This document shows, piece by piece, positions 39,693 through 50,216 of a stretch of 64,000 nucleotides of DNA (position 1 is the stretch's first letter; each line of letters starts with the position of its first letter). The stretch comes from an uncultured delta proteobacterium (GTDB lineage Bacteria; Desulfobacterota; RBG-13-43-22). The position numbers were made by a program, and so were the translations under genes. Location: positions 1-64,000 of the forward strand of contig CAWJJC010000011.1 in the NCBI GenBank assembly GCA_963843145.1, given 5' to 3'. Below the pieces are notes generated by a model. It ran no database searches. It was given only the letters and a program-made list of their open reading frames with translations, and was not told where the DNA came from.

Positions 39693-40925
39693 CTATTCCA
39701 GTTCTTTCTTTGGTATACGCAATTCCTTCAAAAGCCTATACTGTCCCCCCTTGACTTCCAGGAGTAGCTCCGGTGCCCCGACCATCAAGCCGTTCTTCAG
39801 GACATCGTTGTTCGGGAAGACCAGCGGCAACTTGCCTTCCTGAAGGGCCTTGGGACAGGCAGCGCGGATCGCTTTGGGATCTGTAACCGTGCCCGCTATC
39901 TCCATAGCCCTGGCGATCATATAGACGGGATCATGAATGGATGGACCCGAGAGGCCCGGCTCATCTCCGTAGGCCGCCTTATACTGCTTGATATAGGAGG
40001 TCTGATACCCCTTCTTGTCCTGTTCCGGGTATTTTCGGTAATAGGTCCAGAGCATGGCCTCAACCAGCGAACCTTCAATCTTGTCGAGGGGAACAATCTT
40101 CTCGGCTTTGTTGATCCACTCGGAGTTGAAGAGGAATTTGCCGGAATAGCCCACATCGAGGGCATGACTGGCCGCCAAGGCCATGGGCTCCTCATAGGCG
40201 GTGATAAAGATGATGTCCGGATTCTTGGCCTTGAAGCTGGTCATGATGGAATGGTAGTCTGTAGTTGATTTGATATCCACCGTCTCAAAACAGGGGACCT
40301 GGCCACCAAGACTTTCGAACTTTTCTTTAAACCGCTTGCCCCAGGATTCATAGGCCTCATTCACATCGGTCAACACGCAGGCCTTCTTATAACCGTGGTC
40401 CCAGACGGCCTGGGCCATGGGGTCTCCGAAATAAAGGGTGGGGGATCGCTCCTGAATATAAAGGGGGTTTCCCTTTTTCCGAGACTTATCGGAGGCGGAC
40501 ATGCCAACGAAGAGTACGTTCAATCCGACGTTGACCGCCTGGCAAGCCCAGGTCTGCGGGGTTCCCAAAGGCCCGAAGATCACAGGTACCTTATACATCT
40601 CGGAAAGCTTCCTCATCCCGGCGACACTTTTGGCCGGATCGCCGGAATCATCATAGCTGACCAATTCCAATTTATACCGTTGGTTCCCTACCAGGATGCC
40701 CGGCCCCTTGCCGGTAGTTCCTCTGTCATTGATATCCTTTATAGCCAGTTCGACGGTTCTGAAGACGCTCAAACCATAGAAGGCGATAGGCCCGCTGTGG
40801 GCGCTGATAACCCCGACCTTGACGCTTTTCATCTCCGGGGCTGCCTGTAAAGGCGCCGTCACCACAATAGAAGAACAGACCACTGCGAAAAGAACCATTA
40901 CCCAAAGACACGTTTTATTTCTCAT
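39693..40925 (-). CDS. LIV-type ABC transporter substrate-binding protein
   Basis: Signal peptide, SGPIAFYG, YDDSGDP; GGAGGG RBS before ATG 40925. Confidence 0.9.
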   Translation of the reverse strand: MRNKTCLWVMVLFAVVCSSIVVTAPLQAAPEMKSVKVGVISAHSGPIAFYGLSVFRTVELAIKDINDRGTTGKGPGILVGNQRYKLELVSYDDSGDPAKSVAGMRKLSEMYKVPVIFGPLGTPQTWACQAVNVGLNVLFVGMSASDKSRKKGNPLYIQERSPTLYFGDPMAQAVWDHGYKKACVLTDVNEAYESWGKRFKEKFESLGGQVPCFETVDIKSTTDYHSIMTSFKAKNPDIIFITAYEEPMALAASHALDVGYSGKFLFNSEWINKAEKIVPLDKIEGSLVEAMLWTYYRKYPEQDKKGYQTSYIKQYKAAYGDEPGLSGPSIHDPVYMIARAMEIAGTVTDPKAIRAACPKALQEGKLPLVFPNNDVLKNGLMVGAPELLLEVKGGQYRLLKELRIPKKELE

Positions 40926-41088
40926 AATCCCCTCCTTTTTTGATACAAAATTAGGACTCAAGAATTCAAGGGTTCGAATGGCGCTAAACGGTTGAGGTCC
41001 ACGGAGATCGATTTTCTCTTTAACACCTAACCCTTGAATCCTTTAACCCCTTTTAAAGTTTCGTTGAGCCCTAAAGGTGAATGGGAAT

Positions 41089-43008
41089 TCACGCTTCAAA
41101 CCCCGCCTTATATCCTTCCTCAACAGCTTCTAAAGCATTCCTGACGCTTAACGCATCGCCTACAGTTACTATCTTTACAGGAGCACCGTTAAACTTTGAC
41201 GCCAGCTCATTGTCCGCTGTGGAGCCGCAGGCCAGGACAACCGTGTCAGCCGGTCTCACTTCTTCCCCGTTACTAGTAACGATAACCACGCTGCCTTCGG
41301 ATATTTCCCGAACCGTGGCGTTTGTGTACATCGCAACATTTGCCTGTTGTAAGTCTTTCATGAGGTAATCCTTGATGACCACCGCCACGTCGGATGCAAT
41401 CTCGGGAAGCTGCTCAACGATGGTAACCTGCTTCCCATGGTTCGCCAGATGATTGGCAGTCTCGGCTCCCACCATGCCGCCCCCTATTATCAGGACTCTT
41501 GGATTGACGGGCACCTGTGAATCCAGAACTGCCTGTGCCTGTACCACGTGAGGTTTGTCGACCCCGGCTATGGGAGGTGTAATGGGCTTACTGCCGGTCG
41601 CGATGATCAGCACATCCGGGTTCTCGGATGCTATGGTTTCGGATGTGATCTCAGTGTTCAAATGAACTCCGACTTTCAGATCGCGCAACCGATTTTGCAG
41701 ACAGTTAATAAATGAAGTGATTTCTCCTTTGCCTGGCGGTATGGCGGCAAGATAATACCGTCCCCCTAACCTGCCTGTCTTTTCGAAGAGCTGGACATCG
41801 TGGCCCCGTTTAGCTGCCGCTATTGCAGCCTCCATTCCGGCCGGTCCGCCCCCCGCTACGAACACTTTCTTCCTTATCTCTACCGGCTTTACTGCAAATT
41901 CCGACTCCCTTCCACATTCGGGATTCACCAGGCATCTTACTGGTTTATCTTGAAATACCTCCATGAGACAGCCCTGCAGGCAGCCCACGCAGTAGGTGAT
42001 ATCATCGAAATTGCCGGCCGCTGCCTTGTTCGGCAAGGCCGGATCAGCCAACTGACCTCTGGCCATGGAGACGAGATCCGCTTTTCCTGATGTGATTATG
42101 GTCTCCGCAAACAAAGGATCATTGATTCTGTTCACAGAAATGACAGGTATTTTTACAACTTTTTTTACCTCTTCCGCCATGCCGGCCATCCAACCATGAG
42201 GAGCATACGAAGGCCCTATAAGGTGACCTACGCTCCCATAAACACCAACGGTTACATGGACGAAGTCGATTCCGTTCTCCTCTAATAAAGCAGCAATCGC
42301 CTTGGTGTCTTCAATAGTCCTGCCTCCTGGTACAAACTCATCCCCAGAGATTCTAAAGCCGACAACAAAGTCCTTACCAACTTTTTCCCTCACGTTTGCA
42401 ATTACTTCTAACGGAAAGCGCAACCTGTTCATAAGACATCCGCCATAAAGGTCCGTTCTTTTGTTAGAGTAAGGAGACATAAACCCAGCTATTAGATAGC
42501 CATGGGCCCCGTGGACCTCAACCCCGTCGAACCCTGCCTTTTTTGCCCTTAATGCGCAGTCGCCGAATTTCTCCACTATCTCATGAATCTCAGCCACTTC
42601 TAATTCACGGGGCATTTCCTGAAGCACCGGACACGGCAACGGAGATGGCGCCAGCGGTTGCGATCCCGAGACAAAATGGAGTGTTTGTCTTCCTGCATGA
42701 TAAATCTGGGCCATTATCTTTGACCCGTGTTGATGCACCCTCTTAGTTAACGCCGTATGGCTTTCTATCTGGCTATCATCCCATAGGCCCGGAATACGCG
42801 AATATCCTTTTCCTTTCGGGTCCACAGCAAAGTCTTCCGTAATGATAAGACCCCATCCGCCTTTTGCTCTCGCTTCGAGATAGGTTATCCATTTCTCTGT
42901 GGCAGTGCCATCCGGGTTGCAGTAATTGACCACCATCGGCGCTACTACCAGTCTGTTCTTGACTTCCATCTTCCCAAGTTTGATCGGAGAAAATAATTTC
43001 TTTAGCAT
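41089..43008 (-). CDS. NADH:flavin oxidoreductase (old yellow enzyme + [4Fe-4S] + FAD/NAD domains; FadH/BaiCD-like)
   Basis: KNRLVVAPM, AGFDGVEVHGAHGYL, NKRTD.YGG, CVGCLQGC..CLVNP, GGGPAG, GGGMVG. Confidence 0.95.
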   Translation of the reverse strand: MLKKLFSPIKLGKMEVKNRLVVAPMVVNYCNPDGTATEKWITYLEARAKGGWGLIITEDFAVDPKGKGYSRIPGLWDDSQIESHTALTKRVHQHGSKIMAQIYHAGRQTLHFVSGSQPLAPSPLPCPVLQEMPRELEVAEIHEIVEKFGDCALRAKKAGFDGVEVHGAHGYLIAGFMSPYSNKRTDLYGGCLMNRLRFPLEVIANVREKVGKDFVVGFRISGDEFVPGGRTIEDTKAIAALLEENGIDFVHVTVGVYGSVGHLIGPSYAPHGWMAGMAEEVKKVVKIPVISVNRINDPLFAETIITSGKADLVSMARGQLADPALPNKAAAGNFDDITYCVGCLQGCLMEVFQDKPVRCLVNPECGRESEFAVKPVEIRKKVFVAGGGPAGMEAAIAAAKRGHDVQLFEKTGRLGGRYYLAAIPPGKGEITSFINCLQNRLRDLKVGVHLNTEITSETIASENPDVLIIATGSKPITPPIAGVDKPHVVQAQAVLDSQVPVNPRVLIIGGGMVGAETANHLANHGKQVTIVEQLPEIASDVAVVIKDYLMKDLQQANVAMYTNATVREISEGSVVIVTSNGEEVRPADTVVLACGSTADNELASKFNGAPVKIVTVGDALSVRNALEAVEEGYKAGFEA

Positions 43009-43072
43009 AGCGGTTCCCCCTTTTGTGTTTTCCTTCCATCATTCTGTTTAATATTTTCCCTGTGTCTTATGA

Positions 43073-43855
43073 CTATCCAACCTCAGCAGCCCCGCCTATC
43101 GGGACATAAATGCCTTTAATTTGTGGATATTCGTTCCTGATGATTTCCATGAACCGGTCTATCTTTTTGTACGTGTCCAACACCGGGAACTTTTTGACAA
43201 ATTCGGCATATGCCTCCGGATTGGCCGCATCAGAGACCGCCCGGGGAAAATCGTGACAGGGAATAACGGTCTTACAACCCGTGACGCCGGCGGCATAGGC
43301 AGCCTGCTCAGGCTCCATCGTGAAAATGCCGATGGCGGGAAGGATGGAAATATCAGGTTTGAAATAATCCCCTACCACAAACTTCATATCCGCAGTCAAT
43401 CCTGTATCTCCACTCATATATACTTTCTGTCCGTTCTCGAATTCGATCACATATCCGGCCGCTGTTCCGGCGATCTCCATTTTGCCATCCGAAAGAAGTT
43501 GGCTGTTTGAGTGAGCGGCGGATACCTGAGAGAATTTTATTCCTAGAAAATCGATAGTCGCGCCCGCCCCCGTGGGAATCACGTTCTTGATCCCCCGTCC
43601 GAGAAGGGAAAGAGCATACTCATACTGGGCTATGATAAAGACCTTCTCGTTCTGCTCGACAATCTCGTCGATTCCTGAGGCGTGATCAAAGTGGGCATGG
43701 GTGATAGCGATTACATCGATTTCCCTCAGCTTCTCCGGTGTTCTTTCTGCTGTTGGCCATAGTGGATCGTTGGTGAGCCACGGATCGACCATGACAACTT
43801 TTCCTTGAGGAGAATAAAATTTAAAGCTGGATGAGCTAAGTCTTTGAATTCTCAT
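43073..43855 (-). CDS. Metallo-beta-lactamase-fold hydrolase (UPF0173/UlaG-like)
   Basis: VDPWL, THAHFDH, AAH, SGDTG, IPCH. Confidence 0.9.
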   Translation of the reverse strand: MRIQRLSSSSFKFYSPQGKVVMVDPWLTNDPLWPTAERTPEKLREIDVIAITHAHFDHASGIDEIVEQNEKVFIIAQYEYALSLLGRGIKNVIPTGAGATIDFLGIKFSQVSAAHSNSQLLSDGKMEIAGTAAGYVIEFENGQKVYMSGDTGLTADMKFVVGDYFKPDISILPAIGIFTMEPEQAAYAAGVTGCKTVIPCHDFPRAVSDAANPEAYAEFVKKFPVLDTYKKIDRFMEIIRNEYPQIKGIYVPIGGAAEVG

Positions 43856-43889
43856 AAATCCTCCTTTTTGATATGAATTTGGGGTTCCC

Positions 43890-45497
43890 CTATAACTTTC
43901 TTTCCCTTCCCGCAGAGAATTTGTCCCGCAACTCCCGCTTAAGTGTCTTCCCAGACGCGGTCTTGGGGAGGGCCGCCATGAACTCCACTGATTTGGGCGC
44001 CTTGTAGCGGGCCAGCGAGGCCTTGCAGAATTCCATGATCTCTTTGGCCGTTGCTTTCATTCCTTCTTTTAAGACCACAGCCGCCTGGACCTTTTCCACC
44101 CAATAGTCATCGGGAATGCCGAAGACGGCCGCCTCCTGGATGGCCGGATGCCGGTAGAGGACCTCTTCCACTTCCCTAGGGTAGACATTTTCTCCTCCGG
44201 TGATGATCATATCTTTCTTCCGGTCCACGATGTAGATATAGCCTCTCTCATCATAGCGCCCCATATCGCCGGTGTGCACCCAGCCGCCGACGAAGGTCTT
44301 CGCGGTCTCTTCCGGTTTCTGCCACCACTCCTTCGGAACGGCCTTGCTTTGGACGATGATCTCACCCACCGTCCCGGGTTCCACATCCTCATCACGGTCG
44401 TCGACGATCCGGACATGGACGCCCCGATGAGGAAATCCACAGGAGGCGAGGGTCTGTTGTTCTTCAGAGGACCGGTTGACCACATCATGCTGTTTCTTCG
44501 ACAGCATGGTGACATTCGGTCCGCTTTCAGTTCCTCCATAGAATTGCAGGAAGACGGGGCCCCATTTTTCCATCCCTTGCCTCAGAAGCTCAACCGGCAT
44601 AGGGGAGGCAGCGTAAAACATGCGTTTGAGACTGGAAAGATCATACTGATCGACATCCGGCAGGGCCAGAAAGGCGGCCAAGTGGGTCGGTACGATATGA
44701 ATGTCCGTGGCCTTCTCTGCTTCGATAGTCCGGAGGGTCTCCCGGGGATCGAAGGATATTTGAGGCATAATCACATTGCCCGCGCCTGCAAAAAAATAGC
44801 CCCAAAAATTTTTGGCCCCCCCGATATGAAAAAGGGGCATGATCTGGATATGTTTGTCCCCCTGTTCAAGGGAAAGGGCGGCAACAAAGCGTCTGGTGTC
44901 GTCCAGGGCGCGACCAAAGGAATAGAGGGCCGCCCGAGGAACACCGGTGGTACCGCTGGTATAAAAGAGAAAGACCGGGTCGTCCTCTTCGGCCTCCACC
45001 GCGGGTTCGTCCTTGGAAAAGGTTTCAAGGAGTCGGCGGTAAGAGATCAACCCCGATGTCTCCGTCCCGAAAGTGATAAAATGTTTTACCTTGGAGATGC
45101 GGGGTTTAAGACGATCCACCATCTCAACGAGCTCCGGCCCGATAAAAAGCGCCCGGCATTCGGAATAGTTGATGAGGGTTTCGAGCTCATGGTCCAATAA
45201 TCTCGGATTAAACGGGGAGGAGATAAAGCCGAACTTCATGCCCGCGCCATAGACCTCGGCATATTCGAGGCAGTTCCAGGAGAGGATGCCCAGCACATCG
45301 CCTTTTTTCATCCCCAAAGACTGCAAGGCGTGGATCAGGCCATTGACGCGATCATTAAATTCCCCAAAGGTTACCGACTCATTGCCGCAGTTGATGGCCG
45401 TCTCGTCGGCATAAAGGAGGGCATTCCGGTAAATGATATCCGCATAAATGCCGGTGTTATAGCGGGACAACTCTTTGAGTATGAATCTCTTGGACAT
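43890..45497 (-). CDS. AMP-dependent acyl/aryl-CoA ligase
   Basis: YTSGTTG, YGGTE, HTGD, DRKKDMIITGGENVYP, PKT.SGK. Confidence 0.95.
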   Translation of the reverse strand: MSKRFILKELSRYNTGIYADIIYRNALLYADETAINCGNESVTFGEFNDRVNGLIHALQSLGMKKGDVLGILSWNCLEYAEVYGAGMKFGFISSPFNPRLLDHELETLINYSECRALFIGPELVEMVDRLKPRISKVKHFITFGTETSGLISYRRLLETFSKDEPAVEAEEDDPVFLFYTSGTTGVPRAALYSFGRALDDTRRFVAALSLEQGDKHIQIMPLFHIGGAKNFWGYFFAGAGNVIMPQISFDPRETLRTIEAEKATDIHIVPTHLAAFLALPDVDQYDLSSLKRMFYAASPMPVELLRQGMEKWGPVFLQFYGGTESGPNVTMLSKKQHDVVNRSSEEQQTLASCGFPHRGVHVRIVDDRDEDVEPGTVGEIIVQSKAVPKEWWQKPEETAKTFVGGWVHTGDMGRYDERGYIYIVDRKKDMIITGGENVYPREVEEVLYRHPAIQEAAVFGIPDDYWVEKVQAAVVLKEGMKATAKEIMEFCKASLARYKAPKSVEFMAALPKTASGKTLKRELRDKFSAGRERKL

Positions 45498-45569
45498 GGC
45501 TGTTCCTTTGATGATCCAGGTGTCTGGCGGTGGCGCCGGTTCATGCCCGTTAGACCCGGACCGATGTTT

Positions 45570-46343
45570 CTATTTTACCTTCCACTGGGGTTTCCGCTTT
45601 TCGGCGAAAGCGGCAAATCCCTCAAAGCAGTCCTCGGTGTTGATGATATAGGTTTGAAGGTCGTCTTCCAGCCGTAAAGCCTCGTCAAGGCCCAGTTCCA
45701 AGCCTCTCATCATCGACTCCTTGGCGCAGCGGACCGCAAGCGGTGCGGCTTCGCAAATGATCTGGGCCATCTGCCTGGCCTCGAACATGATCTGATCGAT
45801 AGGGACGACCTTGTTGACCAGCCCCAGTCGGTAGGCCTCCTGGGCGTCTATGGTTTTGCCGGTGAAGAGCATTTCCGCAGCCAGACGCTGGGGGATGGTT
45901 CGGGGCAGCCGGACGGTGCCTCCCCCGCCGGGACAGATGCCTACCTTTACCTCAGGAACCCCAAAGACCGCATTCTCCGAGGCAATCACCAGGTCGCAGG
46001 CCAGGGCCATCTCCAGTCCTCCTCCGATGGTCAGGCCGTTGCAGGCGGCAATCATTGGCTTCCATAGTTCCAAACCCCGCATAATCGCCGTGGGCCTTTG
46101 CCATTTCCGATCGGCCGTCTCCCTGATCATGGGCAGGAAGTCGGCAATATCCATGCCGGCACTGAAGACTTTCTGTCCGCTGCCGGTCAGGATACCGACC
46201 CACAGATGGTCATCGTCCCGGAAATCTTTGAGCAGGTCGCTGAATTGTTGCATGGCCCGGCTATTCAGGACATTCAACTTCTCCGGCCGGTTAATGGTAA
46301 AAATGGCCAGCTTCTCTTCTTTGACATATTCGATATCAGCCAT
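45570..46343 (-). CDS. Enoyl-CoA hydratase/crotonase family protein
   Basis: FSAGMD, GGGLEMALACD, PEVKVG. Confidence 0.95.
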   Translation of the reverse strand: MADIEYVKEEKLAIFTINRPEKLNVLNSRAMQQFSDLLKDFRDDDHLWVGILTGSGQKVFSAGMDIADFLPMIRETADRKWQRPTAIMRGLELWKPMIAACNGLTIGGGLEMALACDLVIASENAVFGVPEVKVGICPGGGGTVRLPRTIPQRLAAEMLFTGKTIDAQEAYRLGLVNKVVPIDQIMFEARQMAQIICEAAPLAVRCAKESMMRGLELGLDEALRLEDDLQTYIINTEDCFEGFAAFAEKRKPQWKVK

Positions 46344-46480
46344 AGGAGCCTCTCAAAGGACCACCTGGAGCCCGCTCTAAGCCGGGAAGGTCCGACCGGC
46401 TACAGCGTTTGAGGCATCGGAGGCCAGGAATAAGGCTAGCGACAATGTTTCTGTTTTGTAGAAAAGACGGGCTGCCGGTC

Positions 46481-48793
46481 TCACTTCCCCCATTTCCCCG
46501 CCTGCTTCAGTGCCTTGACAATTTTCTCCGGAGTTACCGGCTGTTCCTTGAACCAGATGCCGGTGGCGTCGTGCAGGGCGCTGAGCACGGCCGGAGGCGT
46601 ACTTACATGACTGCCTTCGGAGGCCTCCTTGGCCCCGAAAGGGCCGTCAGGGTCATCGGTGATGATATCGAAGACCCGGATGTTGGGCGCATCGGTGGAA
46701 CGGGGCATCTTATAATCGAGAAAGGTATCATTCAAGGTCCGCCCTTTATCCATGACAAACTCCTCATAAATGGCCTGGCCCAACCCTTGAACGGCCCCCC
46801 CTTCGTTCTGGGATTCCACGCTGATGGGGTGCAAGGGTCTCCCGCAGTCATGGGCAATGAAGAAATCGGTTACGTCCACCTTACCCGTTTCCAGATCAAC
46901 CCCTAAGCGCACCGTCTGGGCCGTAAAGCTGTAAGAGGTGCCGCCGTTGCCCGTGCCGGTATTGAAATCGAGGGGTTCGATGCCGTAGCCCGAGTATCCC
47001 CGGCCCAGGATGACCGCACCGGAACCTTCGTAACAGGCGATCTTGACCAGCTTTTCAAAGTGCATCCGCTTTTCCGGCTCGGACTTGAGGAAAACCTCGG
47101 CGTTCCGAATTTCGATTTCTTCCGGTTTTACCTGCCAGACTTTGGCCCCGACCTCCAATAATTGTTTTTTGGCATCCTCGGCGGCCTTGCGGCTGGCCTG
47201 TCCGGCCAGGACCGTAACCCGGCTTCCGTAGCTTCCGGGATCGACCGGGGTATAGGCGGAATCCACCCGTTGGATGACCACATCTTCATAACGTACCCCT
47301 AGTTCCTCGGCCACAATCATGGTCAAGACCGTATCCGATCCCTGACCGCAGTCGGTGGCCCCGGTAAGCAGGTTGACGGATCCGTCTTCACAGATGCGGA
47401 CCACGGCCCCGCAGGACTGGTGGCCAAGTTGCCTAGCCCCCCCGAGATAGGAGGTCCCGGAGAGTCCGACGCCGTAGGAGACCGGCCCGGCCTGCTTCGG
47501 TTGCTTATCCTTGTCCACCCAGAGGGTGTCCTGTATCGCTGTTTCGAGGGCCTCTTTGATCCCGCAGGTCTTCAAGATCACCCCGTTGATGGTCCGGTAA
47601 TCCTCACCCCGTTTGGGGTTCTCGATGGCATTCCGTAACCGGATCTCCCCGAAGTCTATTCCCAGTTCCTCGGCCATCATCTCCATCTGCAGTTCACAGG
47701 CAAAACGGGTGTGGGTAATGCCATGGCCGCGCATGGCCGCGGAGATGGGGTTGTTGGTAAAAACCCGCCAGGCGTCGTACTTGTAGGCCGGCAGTTTGTA
47801 GGGTATAGTAGTGGCAAATCCGGTAAGGTACATGGTCAGAGGGCTGATGGCTGTGTAGGCCCCGCCGTTGGCGACGACCCGGCTGTGGATGGCGGTCAGC
47901 AAGCCGTCCCGGGTCATCCCCATTTTATTGTAGACGATCATGTTATGCCTGCGCCGGCAGGTATTGAGAACCTCCTCCTGGCTGTAAACGAACTTGACCG
48001 GTTTACCGGTCATTTTGGAACCCAGGACGGCGCAGAAATCCCCAGCCAAGGAATCGTTTTTCGTTCCGCCAAACCCTCCCCCGATGAAGGGCTGGATGAC
48101 GCGAACCTTGCTGAGGGGCAGTTTGAAACAAGCGGCCAGATGACGGTAATGAAAATAAGGGCTTTGTTTGGCTGGCCAGACGGTGATCGAACCGGCCGGA
48201 TCAAAATAAGCCACCGAAGCCGGTGGCTCCAAAAAGCCCACGATGACTTTACCGGTCTCAAACCGGTCTTCCCGTACGAGGAAGGAATCGTGAAAAGCCT
48301 TTTCCACGTCTCCGAAATTCCAGTGGCTTTCCACGCTGACGTTGTTCGGGCGGTAGTCGTGAATCACCGGAGCGCCTTCCTGCATGGCCTCTTCGGGATC
48401 AAAAACCCCCGACAGTTCCTCATAGTCGACCCGAATCAGGTCACAAGCCTCCTCGGCCGTATCCTCGTCAATGGCGATCACTCCAGCCACGGCTTCGTAA
48501 CGATAACGCACCTTATCCGTGGCCAAGGGCGGTTCGTCCCGGGTGGTGGCCATGAACCCCCAGGTCCAGCCTCCAAAATCCTTTCCGGTAATAACCGCCT
48601 TCACCCCTGGAAGCCGTTCGGCCCGGCTGGTGTCTATATGGATAATTTTGGCGTGAGCGAAAGGTGACCGAACAATCTTGCACCAGAGCATTCCCGGCAA
48701 GGCGTAGTCGGCCGCATACTTGGCCTCACCCATGACCTTTTCTCGACCATCTTTCCTCGGGACCCTTTTCCCGATAACCGTGTATTCTTCCAT
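46481..48793 (-). CDS. Molybdopterin-binding subunit, 4-hydroxybenzoyl-CoA reductase alpha (HcrA)-like
   Basis: AMRGHG, GQGSDT, GSYGSRVT, HDCG, GPFGAKEASEG motifs recalled for HcrA. Confidence 0.85.
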   Translation of the reverse strand: MEEYTVIGKRVPRKDGREKVMGEAKYAADYALPGMLWCKIVRSPFAHAKIIHIDTSRAERLPGVKAVITGKDFGGWTWGFMATTRDEPPLATDKVRYRYEAVAGVIAIDEDTAEEACDLIRVDYEELSGVFDPEEAMQEGAPVIHDYRPNNVSVESHWNFGDVEKAFHDSFLVREDRFETGKVIVGFLEPPASVAYFDPAGSITVWPAKQSPYFHYRHLAACFKLPLSKVRVIQPFIGGGFGGTKNDSLAGDFCAVLGSKMTGKPVKFVYSQEEVLNTCRRRHNMIVYNKMGMTRDGLLTAIHSRVVANGGAYTAISPLTMYLTGFATTIPYKLPAYKYDAWRVFTNNPISAAMRGHGITHTRFACELQMEMMAEELGIDFGEIRLRNAIENPKRGEDYRTINGVILKTCGIKEALETAIQDTLWVDKDKQPKQAGPVSYGVGLSGTSYLGGARQLGHQSCGAVVRICEDGSVNLLTGATDCGQGSDTVLTMIVAEELGVRYEDVVIQRVDSAYTPVDPGSYGSRVTVLAGQASRKAAEDAKKQLLEVGAKVWQVKPEEIEIRNAEVFLKSEPEKRMHFEKLVKIACYEGSGAVILGRGYSGYGIEPLDFNTGTGNGGTSYSFTAQTVRLGVDLETGKVDVTDFFIAHDCGRPLHPISVESQNEGGAVQGLGQAIYEEFVMDKGRTLNDTFLDYKMPRSTDAPNIRVFDIITDDPDGPFGAKEASEGSHVSTPPAVLSALHDATGIWFKEQPVTPEKIVKALKQAGKWGK

Positions 48794-48798
48794 AGATC

Positions 48799-49281
48799 TT
48801 ACCTCCCTATCTGCTCGGCAGCGGCCTTGACCGATTCAATAATCTTGGTATATCCGGTGCAGCGGCAAAAGTTGCCTTCCAGTCCTTTTCGGATTTCCTC
48901 ATCCGTTGGATTGGAATTCCGGTCGAGCAAGACCTTGGCGGAGAGGATCATCCCGGGGGTGCAAAAGCCGCACTGCATCCCGCCCACCTCCACAAAGGCC
49001 TGCTGAATGGGGTGGAGCTTCCCGCCGTCGGCCAGCCCTTCGATGGTCAGGACCGATTTTCCATTGATCTCGGCCGTCAAAACCAGACAGGCATTGACGG
49101 CTTCTCCCTCCAGGATGACCGTACAGGCCCCGCATTCACCCACACCACACCCTTCTTTCGTTCCAGTCAAACCCAGGTCCTCCCGGAGGGTCTCCAGCAG
49201 GGTGGCCGAAGGCTTGACCTCCAGTTCGTAATTTTTTCCGTTTACTTTCAACTGTATCCGTTTCATCTTAAGCTCCTTCAA
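48799..49281 (-). CDS. 2x[2Fe-2S] small subunit (HcrC/CoxS-like)
   Basis: CGVGECGAC..C, QCGFCTPG, CRCTGY. Confidence 0.95.
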   Translation of the reverse strand: MKELKMKRIQLKVNGKNYELEVKPSATLLETLREDLGLTGTKEGCGVGECGACTVILEGEAVNACLVLTAEINGKSVLTIEGLADGGKLHPIQQAFVEVGGMQCGFCTPGMILSAKVLLDRNSNPTDEEIRKGLEGNFCRCTGYTKIIESVKAAAEQIGR

Positions 49282-50162
49282 GCCAGGGGAAAGATCTGAT
49301 TAATGGCCCGCTTGGTCAGCATGTAAACCATATCACGTCGGTAATCCGCCGAGGCCCGATGATCATCGATGGGGCGGCATTCCTCGCTGGCCAACCGGGC
49401 GGTGGCCTCGATCACCTCCGGGTTGAGCCTTTGTCCGATTAAGAGGGCCTCGGCCTGACTGGCCCGAATGGGCGTCGGGGCCACGGCACCCAGGGCCAGG
49501 CATATCTTTTTACAGACCCCGGCCTCCGCCACCCCGGCGATCGCCACCCCGACGATAGCCAGATCCATGGAATGGCGTGGAGAAAACTTTAAATAGATTC
49601 CACGGAAGCCCTTCTCCGGGGTAGGGACTAAGATGCTTTGCAGGATCTCATCCGCTTCAATCACGGTCCGGCGAGGCCCGGTGAAAAAGGCCTCAAGGGG
49701 GACAATCCGCTCACCGCCGGGACCTTTCAACCTGACCTGGGCGCCCAGGGACAAGAGCGCCGGGGCGCTGTCCGCCGAGGGGACGGCCATGCAAATATTC
49801 CCGGCAAAGGTCCCCCGGTTTCGGACCTGCGGGGAGGCCATGGTCGAGGCCGCTTGAGCCAGAATCGAAAAACGCTTCTGAATGACAGGGCTCCGGGAAA
49901 CGGCATTGATGGTGGTCAAGGCCCCGATGGTCAATCCGGTCCCTTCGTCAAAAGAAACCGCCTCCAGATCGGCGATTCCTTTCAGGTCGATTACGGTTTC
50001 CGGAATGGACGTCCCCCGCCGTTTGAGCTGGGGGATTAAATCCGTACCGCCGGCTAGTAGTCGGGCCCGGCCTTTCTGGTCGCCGAGCAAATGGAGGGCC
50101 TCGTCGAACGTCTTGGGAGCGGTGTACTGAAATTTGGGTAATCTTCGATAAAATACAGCCAT
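49278..50162 (-). CDS. FAD-binding medium subunit (CoxM-like, no [4Fe-4S] insert)
   Basis: AGGTDL, QVRNRGTFAGNIC then directly PSAD, PIDDHRAS. Confidence 0.93.
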   Translation of the reverse strand: MAVFYRRLPKFQYTAPKTFDEALHLLGDQKGRARLLAGGTDLIPQLKRRGTSIPETVIDLKGIADLEAVSFDEGTGLTIGALTTINAVSRSPVIQKRFSILAQAASTMASPQVRNRGTFAGNICMAVPSADSAPALLSLGAQVRLKGPGGERIVPLEAFFTGPRRTVIEADEILQSILVPTPEKGFRGIYLKFSPRHSMDLAIVGVAIAGVAEAGVCKKICLALGAVAPTPIRASQAEALLIGQRLNPEVIEATARLASEECRPIDDHRASADYRRDMVYMLTKRAINQIFPLA

Positions 50163-50216
50163 TGTAAACTTCCTTCCCCGGGTTGGAGGTTGGCTTAAAC
50201 CCGCGCAATAAAATTA

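Noticed and set aside
46481-50162. Aerobic CO dehydrogenase coxMSL
   Set aside because: Gene order fits, but the large subunit lacks AYxCSFR and shows HcrA-like motifs
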